A stretch of DNA of 64,000 bases from Candidatus Ghiorseimicrobium undicola (GCA_002796125.1 PCWA01000109.1:65347-129346), one strand, 5' to 3'. Shown: positions 13,208-23,176, counted from the first letter of the stretch. Notes: generated by a model not told the origin, from the letters alone. A program made the numbers and translations.

Positions 13208-15106
13208 TTATTTTTCTCCCGGTTTAATTTTGAAATCAGAAATCACTTCCCTTAAAAGCCTGCAGTAAAGATCGAAACCTATTGTATTTATATATCCATG
13301 CTGTTCTATGCCTAAAAGATTTCCCGCTCCCCTTATCATCAAATCCTCAAAAGCGATTTTAAATCCGGCGCCTAATCCACTATGGGTAGTTATGGCTTTA
13401 AGCCTTGCTTTTGCGTCACTGTTTAAAATATCCGGATTTGGCACAAGAAAAAAAGCATAAGCCTTGCGGTCAAATCTACCCACTCTACCCCGCAGCTGGT
13501 GTAAATCAGAGAGCCCAAAATTATCCGCATCATTTACGATCAGCGTGTTGGCGTTGGGGACATCTATGCCCGATTCTATAATCATAGTACAGACCAATAC
13601 ATCTATTTCTCCTTTTAGAAAACCAAGCATTACCTTCTCAAGCATCTTTGGAGGCATCTGTCCGTGAGCAACGCCTATCATAGAATTTTCCGGAGACAAT
13701 CTGCGTATTTTATCCGAAACTTCTTCGATATCCATAACACGATTATGAACAAAATACACCTGCCCTTTTCTCCTCAATTCATTGGATATCGCCTGCTTTA
13801 TCAATGCCTCATCAAACCGCATAACCCTTGTTTCAACAGGGATCCTGTTTAAGGGGGGCGTGTTTATGGTCGACATATCTTTAACCTGCATTACACTCAT
13901 ATATAAAGTCCTAGGTATGGGCGTCGCCGTTAAAGTCAGGACGTCCAGGGTAAGACGCAAGGCCTTTAATTTTTCCTTCGCTTTTACTCCAAAACGCTGT
14001 TCTTCATCTATTATCAGCAAACCTAAATCTTTAAAAACAACATCGCTGGAGAGAAGACGGTGAGTCCCTATAACTATATCCACTCTGCCCTCAGATATGC
14101 CTTTAATAATCTCATCCTGTTCATGCTTAGTCCTGAAGCGGGACAACATGGCTAAGTTTACGGGAAAATCCTTCAGGCGGCTATTTAAATTATGGAAATG
14201 CTGCTCTGCCAAAATAGTCGTCGGTACCAGAAAAGCCACCTGCCGGTTATCCATAACCGCCTTAAAAGCAGCCCGCATCGCCACCTCTGTTTTCCCATAT
14301 CCGACGTCTCCGCACAGAAGCCTATCCATGGGCCGTTCGCTCTCCATGTCCTTTTTTAGTTCCTGCATAGCCTGAATCTGGCCCGGGGTTTCTTTATATT
14401 TAAAAGTTGATTCGAAATCCTTCTGCCACTGGCAATCCCTGGAAAACTTGAATCCGGAAAAAGAACTTCTGGCTGCCTGAATACGTAAAAGCTCAAAAGC
14501 CATTTTTTGTATGCCTTTCTTGGTTTGAGACTTTACCCTCTGCCATTCTTTACTGCCTAGTTTATAGATTCTCGGAGAGCGCTTTTCTAAACCGATATAC
14601 TTCTGCACTAAATGCATAAAGCTATCCGGAACATATAACTTATCGCCTTCGGCATATTCTATTACCATATGATCACGCTTTAAGCCGTTAGACTCTATTT
14701 TTCTGATACCTAAAAATTTACCTATGCCGTATTGATTATGAACCACATAATCGCCGATGTGCAAATTTATGAAGTTTTCCAGCGGGTCATCTTCGCTAAA
14801 ATGGCGGAATCCGGCACTCTTGGGCTTGACATTTGGCAATACCATCACCAGCGTATGCTCAAAGATTAACTTACCGGAGAGAAAATCAAAACTATTAATG
14901 GAGGAAATTTTGTTTTCGTTTAATTCTATGCGTACGGGATAATCAAAAGTAGCAGGAAATATATCCAGAATCCCGCCCCTTAAAGCAAATTCCGCCTCAT
15001 CTCCTACTTTATCCTGCCGGGCATAACCAAACTCAGACAAAGATTTGATAAGTTTGTCTAAATCAATTTCTTCGTTCTTGTATAGTTTAATAGAACGGAA
15101 CTTCAT
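13208..15106 (-). CDS. mfd: Transcription-repair coupling factor Mfd, minimal form
   Basis: It has Mfd D3 (GGILDIFPATFDYPVRIE), the RNAP-interacting domain, helicase motifs (GDVGYGKTEVAMRAAF, TATPIPRTL) and the TRG motif. At 632 aa it lacks the N-terminal UvrB-homology module and the C-terminal D7. Only 22 nt separate it from secDF upstream, so no missing exon is nearby. Confidence 0.85.
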   Translation of the reverse strand: MKFRSIKLYKNEEIDLDKLIKSLSEFGYARQDKVGDEAEFALRGGILDIFPATFDYPVRIELNENKISSINSFDFLSGKLIFEHTLVMVLPNVKPKSAGFRHFSEDDPLENFINLHIGDYVVHNQYGIGKFLGIRKIESNGLKRDHMVIEYAEGDKLYVPDSFMHLVQKYIGLEKRSPRIYKLGSKEWQRVKSQTKKGIQKMAFELLRIQAARSSFSGFKFSRDCQWQKDFESTFKYKETPGQIQAMQELKKDMESERPMDRLLCGDVGYGKTEVAMRAAFKAVMDNRQVAFLVPTTILAEQHFHNLNSRLKDFPVNLAMLSRFRTKHEQDEIIKGISEGRVDIVIGTHRLLSSDVVFKDLGLLIIDEEQRFGVKAKEKLKALRLTLDVLTLTATPIPRTLYMSVMQVKDMSTINTPPLNRIPVETRVMRFDEALIKQAISNELRRKGQVYFVHNRVMDIEEVSDKIRRLSPENSMIGVAHGQMPPKMLEKVMLGFLKGEIDVLVCTMIIESGIDVPNANTLIVNDADNFGLSDLHQLRGRVGRFDRKAYAFFLVPNPDILNSDAKARLKAITTHSGLGAGFKIAFEDLMIRGAGNLLGIEQHGYINTIGFDLYCRLLREVISDFKIKPGEK

Positions 15107-15128
15107 CTTTAATTTATTCGCATAATTC

Positions 15129-17351
15129 CTATCGTCGCCTTCTCTGCAAAACCAAAATTAAAGGAGAGGCAATAAAAATCGTAGAATATATGCCGGAGAT
15201 AAATCCGACCAGCAGGCTAAAGGCGAAATCATTCAATATTTCGCCTCCGAAAATAAACAGCGATATTACCACAAAAAGCGTAAGTACCGTAGTAAGCACT
15301 GTCCTGGTAAGTGTCTGGTTTACAGCCAGGTTTATCGCATCGCGCAATTTAACCTTACGGTTAAAGCGCATCAACTCTCTTATGCGGTCATAGATTACAA
15401 TCGTATCGTTTATAGAATAACCCGCTATGGTCAAAAGAGCGCTAACAATAAGTAAATCTACCGTGCGCGAGGTTAAAGCAAGAAAGCCTATAGTTACGAG
15501 CACGTCGTGGAAAAGCGCTACTATACCGGCAAATGCAAAATCAAAGTGCTTAAACCTGAAACCAATATATAAAAGAATCCCCGCCAAAGAATACAATAAA
15601 GCCAGAAGCGCCTTATCTTTAAGCTGTTTTCCCACCAACGGCCCTACATGCTCTATGCGTAATGCGTCTATTTTACTGGCAGGAAAACTATTCTTTAGGT
15701 TCTTCTCTACGGAAGCCGCCGCGTCTTCGTGAGTCCGTATAATAACCAGCTTTTGCGCTTTATCCTGCATGTTTTCTTTGGCACGCTGTATTATGGAACC
15801 TGAAAGGCCCGCCTCTTTCAAGCTATTACGTATATCTTCAACTGCCGGTACAGGATCCATCCGGTATTCCTGGATTTGGCCTCCCGCAAAATCTATGCCG
15901 TACATCTCCTGGCCTTTTGAAAAGAATATAAACAGGCCTAAAACAACCGTAAAAATTGAAAGAGTAAAAAATATTTTTCGCTTAGCGATAAAATCTATTT
16001 TAGTGTCCTTTATTAGCCCAAACATTGGGAGCTTCTTTATTGCCTTATTTAAAAGCAAGAGTTCAAAAATTACCCGCGTCACAACCACCGCAGTAAACAT
16101 GCTGGCAAGAAGGCCTATGGACAACGTCACGGCAAATCCTCTGATCGGGCCTGTACCAAACTGAAAAAGCAAAAACGCGGCAATAAGCGTCGTAATATTA
16201 GAATCGAATATCGCATTAAAAGCCTTACCGTATCCATTAGTTATTGCCATACGCAAAGGCCTGCCGAGCCTTAATTCTTCCTTTATGCGTTCATTTATCA
16301 GAACATTAGCGTCTACAGCCATACCTAAAGTAAGCACTATACCGGCAATACCCGGCAGGGTTAAAGTAGCGCCAAATATACCCAAGCCTGCCAAAATAAG
16401 TAAAAGGTTAAGCACCAGAGCTATATTGGCTATGATTCCGGGAAGTAAATAATAAACAGCCATAAACAAAAATACACAAACGGCGCCAAATATAGTAGCT
16501 GATATGCCCTTATTTACGGAATCCCGTCCCAAAAGCGGCCCGATTGTACGCTCTTCCTCAATTATAATCGGAGCTGGCAAGGCCCCAGTCTTAAGCTTTA
16601 TGGCAAGGCCCTTTGCTTCATCAGGGCTGAATCTTCCGGATATAACGCCCTTGCCTGAAGGTATGGGCTCGTTTATCCTAGGCGCCGAAAGAACTTTATC
16701 ATCGAGGACTATGGCAAGCCTGCCACCTACATTATTAGTTGTTATATCCGCGAATTTTTTAGCGCCTTCTGAATTAAATTCAATATTAACATACGGCTCA
16801 CCGAAACTGCTCTGATCAAACCCGACATTAGCTCCGACTAAAGTACTACCGGTTAAAACTGCTTCTTTTTCCAGGAGTACATTTTCCTGCGTCTTATCAA
16901 CTCGTCTTAACTCATAGCCTTCAGGTATATTACCTTTCAAAGCCTCGCTAAATTCCTGCATATTGGTATTGACAAGCTTAAATTCCAAAAGGGCGGTTTC
17001 ACCTATAAGCTTCAGCGCCGCCTCCCTGTCTGTAAGCCCGGGCAGCTGGACCACTATCTGGTTTTCTCCCTGAAGATGTATCGAAGGCTCGCTGACGCCA
17101 AATAAATCTATACGGTTACGTATTTTTTCTAATGCTCTTTCGGGAGCTTCTTTCTTCTGCTCTTTTGTAAGATTAGACATATCCACCCGCAAGACCAAAT
17201 GCATGCCGCCCTTTAAATCAAGGCCTAATTTTATGCGCTTACCCAAAGGAAAAGCATACCAACAGCTGGCCCCAATAACAGCCAGTATTAAAACCGCTTT
17301 TAAAAATATGTTTTTCTGCATACTCTCTATCCCCTTTGTCTCAAAAACCAA
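15129..17351 (-). CDS. secDF: Protein translocase subunit SecDF (fused)
   Basis: 740 aa with 12 TM segments and the SecD periplasmic domain, in the yajC-secDF arrangement. Confidence 0.9.
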   Translation of the reverse strand: MVFETKGIESMQKNIFLKAVLILAVIGASCWYAFPLGKRIKLGLDLKGGMHLVLRVDMSNLTKEQKKEAPERALEKIRNRIDLFGVSEPSIHLQGENQIVVQLPGLTDREAALKLIGETALLEFKLVNTNMQEFSEALKGNIPEGYELRRVDKTQENVLLEKEAVLTGSTLVGANVGFDQSSFGEPYVNIEFNSEGAKKFADITTNNVGGRLAIVLDDKVLSAPRINEPIPSGKGVISGRFSPDEAKGLAIKLKTGALPAPIIIEEERTIGPLLGRDSVNKGISATIFGAVCVFLFMAVYYLLPGIIANIALVLNLLLILAGLGIFGATLTLPGIAGIVLTLGMAVDANVLINERIKEELRLGRPLRMAITNGYGKAFNAIFDSNITTLIAAFLLFQFGTGPIRGFAVTLSIGLLASMFTAVVVTRVIFELLLLNKAIKKLPMFGLIKDTKIDFIAKRKIFFTLSIFTVVLGLFIFFSKGQEMYGIDFAGGQIQEYRMDPVPAVEDIRNSLKEAGLSGSIIQRAKENMQDKAQKLVIIRTHEDAAASVEKNLKNSFPASKIDALRIEHVGPLVGKQLKDKALLALLYSLAGILLYIGFRFKHFDFAFAGIVALFHDVLVTIGFLALTSRTVDLLIVSALLTIAGYSINDTIVIYDRIRELMRFNRKVKLRDAINLAVNQTLTRTVLTTVLTLFVVISLFIFGGEILNDFAFSLLVGFISGIYSTIFIASPLILVLQRRRR

Positions 17352-17385
17352 ATTGTTTCATTTTAACGCCTATTATTAATACCTG

Positions 17386-17664
17386 CTACTCTAATTTTAG
17401 CAATCTGCCCACGGCATTTTTATCTATTTCTATCTTCACATTATCATCTATCCTAATGACTAATGTTTTCTCTTTAACATTAATAACCGTTGCATGAATG
17501 CCGCCCACAGTTACTATTTGATCATTTTTCTTTAAATTCGTTAGTGTTTTTTCATGTTCCTTTGATTTCGCTTTTTGCGGTTTGATAATCAAAAAATAGA
17601 AAATGAAGCATATGATAATAACCGGGACTATCTGCAGCAACGGATGCGGCATGGCCTGTGGCAT
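17386..17664 (-). CDS. yajC: Preprotein translocase subunit YajC
   Basis: TM helix followed by IIKPQKAK...VTVGGIHATV. The ORF-track start at 17709 looks over-extended; likely starts are 17664 or 17652. Confidence 0.8.
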   Translation of the reverse strand: MPQAMPHPLLQIVPVIIICFIFYFLIIKPQKAKSKEHEKTLTNLKKNDQIVTVGGIHATVINVKEKTLVIRIDDNVKIEIDKNAVGRLLKLE

Positions 17665-17848
17665 AACTACCTCCTCGTATAATATAAGCAATACATTGTT
17701 AAATCCCAAATTACAAATAACAAATCACAAACAATATACAATATCAAAATTTCAATTACCAAAACTTATAGTCAAGGCAGAGTTTTTGGATATTTGGTCA
17801 TTGGCATTTATAATTTGTGATTTTTCATGTTATTACGCAAGAATAGCT

Positions 17849-18091
17849 TTATTTATATTTTTTAACTAAGCTTTTAACTGTCGGGCTCAACTTTGCCCCT
17901 TTAGATACCCAGTATTCTATTCTGTCTTTTTTTAAAGATACTACCTTCGGGTTCTTCATGGGGTCATAAATTCCTACCTGCTCTATTACGCGCGAATCTC
18001 TCGATTTCGCAGAATCAATCACATGCACCCTGAAAAATAATCTTTTTTTTGCCGATTTTCCCGGCCTTGCCAATCTTATTACCACTGCCAT
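17849..18091 (-). CDS. rpsP: 30S ribosomal protein S16
   Basis: 80 aa starting MAVVIRLARPGKSAKKRLFFRVHV. Confidence 0.92.
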   Translation of the reverse strand: MAVVIRLARPGKSAKKRLFFRVHVIDSAKSRDSRVIEQVGIYDPMKNPKVVSLKKDRIEYWVSKGAKLSPTVKSLVKKYK

Positions 18092-18171
18092 TAAATTACC
18101 TCCTCTTATAACGCGGCGAATAACGAGTACCGAGATTTTTCTCTCTACTCGCTACCAGCCACTCTCTGTTT

Positions 18172-19668
18172 TTAAGTTAATGTTTCCATCTGTGCTTTTG
18201 CCTTATTTACGGTCTCCAGGTATTCCTTCTCCGGTTCGGAATCAGCTACAATCCCGGCACCCGCCTGAATATAAGCGGTCTTGCCCTTCATCACCACTGT
18301 CCGTATAGTTATACAGGTGTCTAAATTACCTGAAAGGCTAAAATAACCTACACACCCGGCATAGGGTCCGCGCGAGACATTTTCTAATTCGTCAATTATC
18401 TCCATGGCTCTGACTTTCGGCGCGCCGGAGACTGTGCCCGCCGGAAAAGTAGCCGGCACTATGTCAAAAACACTCCTGCCTGAATTAAGGCGGCCTTTCA
18501 CATTACTGACGATATGCATTACATGCGAGTATCTCTCTACTGTCATAAACTCGTCTACTTCTACACTGCCAAATTTACAAACCCTGCCTAAATCATTCCT
18601 GCCCAAATCTACGAGCATAAGGTGTTCGGCTCTTTCCTTTTTATCAGCCAATAAATCCTGCGAAAGCTTTAAATCCTCGCTTTTATTCCTACCGCGCGGC
18701 CTTGTGCCGGCGATCGGACGCATCTGCACAACGCTATTTTCACATCTTACAAACATCTCCGGCGATGAACCTGCCAAAGCAATATCATCAAAATTTAGAT
18801 AAAACATATACGGAGAAGGATTTATTGAACGCAGCCTCCTGTATATATCAAAATGGCTTCCCGATAAAGAAGCAGAAAACCTCTGGGATAAAACAACTTG
18901 AATAATTTCTCCTGCCTTAATATATTCTTTTGCCTTATAAACCATTTTTTTAAAAACAGCCCTGCCCAAATTGGATTTAAATTTTAGATGCCTGTTTGTT
19001 TGCTTGGGCATACTTTTCAAGGGTATATCCATTCTTAGGCTGCGCTCTAATTCATCTATTCTTTCGCATGTGAGCCGATAAATATTTTTTAGATTTTTAA
19101 CCGAAGGCTTCGTATGCGGCTTTATATAAGCGTTAACCATTATTTTAAGCCTATGACGGGCATGATCGAATATTATAATATTCTTAGCCAAAATAAAATA
19201 CATATCCGCCATTTTTAAATCGTCTTTAGGCATGTTTTTAGATAATTTTGGCTCAAAAAATCGTACCGTATCATAACCGATATAACCGACAAATCCTCCC
19301 GGAAACCTCGGCAGGCCTTTAACCTCATGCGACTTAAAATTCATCATCAGCTTCTTTAGTTCGGCCAATGGGCTTAAGTCAGCGGCAAAAATACGTTTTT
19401 TTAGCGATCCGCCAGCCTCATATTCGGTAATATAAACCTTCTTTTTTTTACTTTTAAATACAACCAAAGGATCGTTACCCAAAAATGAAAAACGCGCAAT
19501 CTTCTCTGCTCCCTCAACTGATTCAAGCAGATAAGAAAACTTCCCGTTATCTAATTTCAGATACGCGGAAATAGGCGTCTCAATATCAGCCATAATTTCC
19601 TTGTAAACAGCTATTATGTTACTGCTCCCTGCCAGCTTTATAAACTCTTTTTCACTTGGGTAAAACAT
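18172..19668 (-). CDS. trpE: Anthranilate synthase component I (chorismate-utilising TrpE/PabB family)
   Basis: Chorismate-binding C-terminus GAPKVRAMEII...PYAGCVGY plus an N-terminal LLESVEG...ARFSF feedback motif typical of TrpE. No trpG or trpD is adjacent. Confidence 0.7.
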   Translation of the reverse strand: MFYPSEKEFIKLAGSSNIIAVYKEIMADIETPISAYLKLDNGKFSYLLESVEGAEKIARFSFLGNDPLVVFKSKKKKVYITEYEAGGSLKKRIFAADLSPLAELKKLMMNFKSHEVKGLPRFPGGFVGYIGYDTVRFFEPKLSKNMPKDDLKMADMYFILAKNIIIFDHARHRLKIMVNAYIKPHTKPSVKNLKNIYRLTCERIDELERSLRMDIPLKSMPKQTNRHLKFKSNLGRAVFKKMVYKAKEYIKAGEIIQVVLSQRFSASLSGSHFDIYRRLRSINPSPYMFYLNFDDIALAGSSPEMFVRCENSVVQMRPIAGTRPRGRNKSEDLKLSQDLLADKKERAEHLMLVDLGRNDLGRVCKFGSVEVDEFMTVERYSHVMHIVSNVKGRLNSGRSVFDIVPATFPAGTVSGAPKVRAMEIIDELENVSRGPYAGCVGYFSLSGNLDTCITIRTVVMKGKTAYIQAGAGIVADSEPEKEYLETVNKAKAQMETLT

Positions 19669-19752
19669 ATTAAAATCTTGTTATGTATTAATCGGTTGCG
19701 TAGGTGGAAACGGTTTTCGTTATGCGCCTATCGGTAAAAAAATAATACAACC

Positions 19753-20139
19753 TTATTTTTTAAATGCCAACTCCCTGTAAAAACAAGACCTGTTGCCTGT
19801 ATGGCAGGCTACTCCAGCCTGCCGCACCTTTATCAATAACGCGTCATTATCGCAATCATAACTAATCGATTTAACAAATTGAAAATGTCCGGATGTTTCG
19901 CCTTTTACCCAAAATTTCTTTCGCGAGCGTGACCAAAAACAAGTTTTCCCTAAACGGATTGTCCTTTTAATAGATGCCTTATTCATATAAGCAACCATAA
20001 GCACGTCTTTATTTTTATAATCCTGCACTATTACGGGAATCAATCCTTTTTCATCAAATTTAAACTTTGGCAACTTAGCAGTGTTTTTTCTTTTGCCCTC
20101 TGCCTTTTCTTTTTTGTCTTTTATCTTTTGTCTTTTCAT
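19753..20139 (-). CDS. hisI: Phosphoribosyl-AMP cyclohydrolase
   Basis: GLIPVIVQD...[14 protein letters not shown]...CDND.L...ACHTG. It overlaps hisF by 4 nt (ATGA). Confidence 0.88.
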   Translation of the reverse strand: MKRQKIKDKKEKAEGKRKNTAKLPKFKFDEKGLIPVIVQDYKNKDVLMVAYMNKASIKRTIRLGKTCFWSRSRKKFWVKGETSGHFQFVKSISYDCDNDALLIKVRQAGVACHTGNRSCFYRELAFKK

Positions 20140-20918
20140 ATCCTTATGCTGGCTCCTCGTTTTATTAAATAGTCCTTGACTTCTTTTACGGAAAACTCGC
20201 GATAATGGAATAAAGAAGCGGCCAGCGCCGCGTCTGCGCCGGCATCCGCCAATACTTCATAAAAATGCTCTAATCTTCCAGCCCCTCCTGAAGCAATGAC
20301 AGCTATATTGACCGCCCTGGAAACTGCCCGGGTTAATTCTGTATCGTAACCGTCCTTTGTACCGTCGCAATCCATGCTGGTTAATAAAACTTCGCCGGCA
20401 CCAAGGCCTTCGGCCTTCTTTACCCAATCTATAACATCTATGCCAGTAGACGTCCTCCCGCCATTTACATAAACTTCCCAATGTTTTGTATTATGTATTG
20501 GGTATTGCGTATTGGGTATTAATTTAGCGTCGATTGCCACCACGATACACTGGCTTCCAAAACGCTGAGATGTCTCTTTTATCAATCCGGGGTTTTTTAC
20601 TGCCGCCGTATTTATTGAAACTTTATCGGCCCCGGCATTAAGGAGCGCCCTTATATCATCAATATTGCGAACCCCTCCGCCGACGGTAAAAGGCATGAAT
20701 ATGCTTTCGGCTACTCTTTTGACTACATCCAAAATAATATCGCGTTTATCAGAACTTGCCGTAATGTCTAAAAAAACAAGCTCATCTGCTCCGGCCTTGT
20801 CATAATACACTGCATTTTCAACGGGGTCTCCGGCATCTTTCAAATCTTCAAATTTTACGCCTTTTACTACACGGCCGTCTTTAACATCTAAACAAGGTAT
20901 TATTCTTTTGGTCAACAT
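20136..20918 (-). CDS. hisF: Imidazole glycerol phosphate synthase cyclase subunit
   Basis: 260 aa, [16 protein letters not shown]... Confidence 0.93.
   Translation of the reverse strand: MLTKRIIPCLDVKDGRVVKGVKFEDLKDAGDPVENAVYYDKAGADELVFLDITASSDKRDIILDVVKRVAESIFMPFTVGGGVRNIDDIRALLNAGADKVSINTAAVKNPGLIKETSQRFGSQCIVVAIDAKLIPNTQYPIHNTKHWEVYVNGGRTSTGIDVIDWVKKAEGLGAGEVLLTSMDCDGTKDGYDTELTRAVSRAVNIAVIASGGAGRLEHFYEVLADAGADAALAASLFHYREFSVKEVKDYLIKRGASIRI
20487..20521. repeat. Five tandem 7-mer units (GTATTNN) inside hisF
   Basis: tgtatta tgtattg ggtattg cgtattg ggtatta encodes the loop [13 protein letters not shown] of HisF. Confidence 0.6.
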
Positions 20919-20921
20919 GCC

Positions 20922-21677
20922 TCAACCCGCCGCTTCCATGGCATCCTTAAGGCTGAATTTATTTTCATAAAGAGCCTTACCGATAATAATGCCGGCTAAT
21001 TCTTTGCCCTTTAAGCTTGAAAGCTCTTTTATATCATCTAAAGAAGAAATCCCGCCTGAGGCAATTAAATCAATATTTATCCTGTTTAGTATTTCCGCGA
21101 TTGCGGCTACATTAGGGCCTTGCAACGTTCCATCACGCGAAATATCCGTGTATATCAGCGTATTAAGACCCAACTGCTCCAATTCCAGAGCAAAAGACAA
21201 GGCATCAACTCCGGATATATCCGTCCATCCGCTTCCGGCAACCATACCGCCTCTTGCCGCGCCGTCATCGCCTATAACCCTTGCATCAATAGAAACTGCT
21301 ACGGCATCCTTGAATTCTGAAATAACCGACTTAATAAACTCTCTGTTTTCTAGCGCCTTAGTGCCCAAGACAACCCTCATCGCCCCCAAATCCAGCAGCC
21401 GCCCGATAGTTTCTTTATCGCGCACACCACCGCCAACCTCAAAAGGGATATTTATATTTTCGGCAATCTGCCTGATACATTCAAAATTCGCCAGTTTCCC
21501 GGAGAATGCACCGTCTAAATCAACAACGTGCAGGAATTCCGCACCTTCTTCCTGCCATCTTAAAGCGGCATCATGAGGCTTATCGGAATATTCCGTAACT
21601 TTATTGAAATCACCCTGCCAAAGCCTGACAGCTTTACCATCTTTTATATCAACCGCGGGAATTATCAGCATAGGCAA
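20922..21677 (-). CDS. hisA: ProFAR isomerase
   Basis: 251 aa, IIPAVDIKDGKAVRL... Confidence 0.92.
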   Translation of the reverse strand: MPMLIIPAVDIKDGKAVRLWQGDFNKVTEYSDKPHDAALRWQEEGAEFLHVVDLDGAFSGKLANFECIRQIAENINIPFEVGGGVRDKETIGRLLDLGAMRVVLGTKALENREFIKSVISEFKDAVAVSIDARVIGDDGAARGGMVAGSGWTDISGVDALSFALELEQLGLNTLIYTDISRDGTLQGPNVAAIAEILNRINIDLIASGGISSLDDIKELSSLKGKELAGIIIGKALYENKFSLKDAMEAAG

Positions 21678-21680
21678 CGA

Positions 21681-22304
21681 CTACAATTTAATAAAATTCT
21701 CCAATATTTTTAATCCTGCAGCCTGGCTCTTTTCCGGATGGAACTGTATGCCGAAAATATTATCTTTTGCGATAATAGAGGCGAACTTAAGTCCATAATC
21801 GGTTATAGCAACTACCACATCCTCATCGTCAGGCTTAACATAATACGAATGGCAAAAATATACATAAGAACCATCCGCTACATCTTTTAATATTTTTGCA
21901 TTTTGCGTTTTACTTTTCGCATTTATATCATTCCATCCTATATGCGGAACTTTTATTTTGGCTGATTTAAATTTCAGCACTTCGCCTTTAATTAATCCCA
22001 GGCCTTTGGCGCCCGGGCTTTCCTGACTCCGCTCGAGCAATAAATGCATCCCTAAACAGATACCTAAAAAAGGGGCCCCTTCCTGAATTTTAGCTTTTAA
22101 GGTTTCAAGTAATTTTCTCGCTTTTAATTCGGCTGCCGCCTCGCCGAAAGAGCCAACCCCCGGTAAAATAATCTTATCTGCATACTTTAGCTGTTCTGCT
22201 TCAGAAACAATTACGGCCTGGCTGCTGCCGCCAGCAAAACGGGCACAGGCATTCATAACGCTGCCTATGTTACCCATCCCATAATCAATAATAGCTATTC
22301 GCAC
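21681..22304 (-). CDS. hisH: Imidazole glycerol phosphate synthase glutaminase subunit
   Basis: 207-aa class-I amidotransferase (GICLGMHLL, HPE) with a GTG start at 22304. Confidence 0.92.
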   Translation of the reverse strand: MRIAIIDYGMGNIGSVMNACARFAGGSSQAVIVSEAEQLKYADKIILPGVGSFGEAAAELKARKLLETLKAKIQEGAPFLGICLGMHLLLERSQESPGAKGLGLIKGEVLKFKSAKIKVPHIGWNDINAKSKTQNAKILKDVADGSYVYFCHSYYVKPDDEDVVVAITDYGLKFASIIAKDNIFGIQFHPEKSQAAGLKILENFIKL

Positions 22305-22310
22305 TTTACC

Positions 22311-22425
22311 CCGTTAGAGATAGGCCGCCGAAGGCGGCCGTCTCTCCAAGCTAATTATACCGATAAACTTGTGCTTCCTTAATTATCAAATCCCCATTAA
22401 TTTAGTGAATCGCTATCTCTAACGG
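22311..22425 (-). promoter_or_regulatory. Structured hisB-hisH spacer: 13-bp inverted repeat CCGTTAGAGATAG/CTATCTCTAACGG enclosing a GGCCGCC-UUCG-GGCGGCC hairpin
   Basis: The arms are at 22311-22323 and 22413-22425. The 3' arm on the RNA overlaps the local UUCG hairpin, so the two folds compete. The element spans from the hisB stop to the hisH GTG. Confidence 0.5.
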
Positions 22426-22427
22426 TG

Positions 22428-23030
22428 TTAATCGATTATGCCTTTAGTCGAAGGAACGCCTCTCCTGCGCGCTTCAATAGAGCTGGCTTGATCCAAGGCT
22501 AAACCCAAGGCCTTAAACACAGCCTCAAAAAGATGATGCGTGTCGACTTCCCCTTCTTTACTCAAATATTCAACGTATAAATTCATGCCGATATTTTTTG
22601 CCAAATTATCTAAAAACTCTTTTTTTAATTCATCAGAAGCCAAATCCAGATTTTCATTAATCTTTTTTACTTCAGCGGGCTCATCCCAAACAAAAGAATA
22701 CCTGCCTCCTAGATCAACAGAAACTCTTGCCAGTATCTCATCCATGGGTACCGAGGCATAACCGTAGCGTTTTATGCCGGAAGAATCACCTAAGGCCTTT
22801 CTAAAAGCCTTCCCTAAAACAATGGAAAGGTCTTCTACTATATGGTGCTGCAAATCTCCTTTTGCTGCCAACTCCAGGTCAAAAAAACCATGGAAAGAAA
22901 ATAGAGTCAATAAATGGTCTAAAGACTCAAAACCTGTGTTTATTTTACTCTTTCCTTTGCCGTCTAAAGCCAGGCTTCCTTTTATATTTACCTCATTTGT
23001 TATACGCTCTATTAAAGCTTCCCGTTTCAT
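22428..23030 (-). CDS. hisB: Imidazoleglycerol-phosphate dehydratase
   Basis: 200 aa with the IGPD His-rich motifs. Confidence 0.92.
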   Translation of the reverse strand: MKREALIERITNEVNIKGSLALDGKGKSKINTGFESLDHLLTLFSFHGFFDLELAAKGDLQHHIVEDLSIVLGKAFRKALGDSSGIKRYGYASVPMDEILARVSVDLGGRYSFVWDEPAEVKKINENLDLASDELKKEFLDNLAKNIGMNLYVEYLSKEGEVDTHHLFEAVFKALGLALDQASSIEARRRGVPSTKGIID

Positions 23031-23044
23031 TTTTTATCCCCTTC

Positions 23045-23072
23045 ACAATTAATGAACACTTGCGTAATTGCC
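23045..23072 (-). repeat. Family-1 element, degenerate stem-less copy B', just upstream of hisB
   Basis: caATTAATGAACacttgcgtAATTGccc keeps both flanks without the internal hairpin. Confidence 0.35.
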
Positions 23073-23176
23073 CACAATGGCACAGCGGCGCGATTTCCCA
23101 GCAAGGAAACACTGGCGCAATACAATTAAGCGCTAGGTGTTAAGTAAGCGCTGGCTGCCTTATAAACGCAAAGTGT

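Noticed and set aside
23073-23176. his-operon leader-peptide attenuator or small RNA in the hisD-hisB spacer
   Set aside because: No run of His codons or plausible leader ORF is present. Only generic small hairpins such as AGCGCU...AGCGCU were seen.
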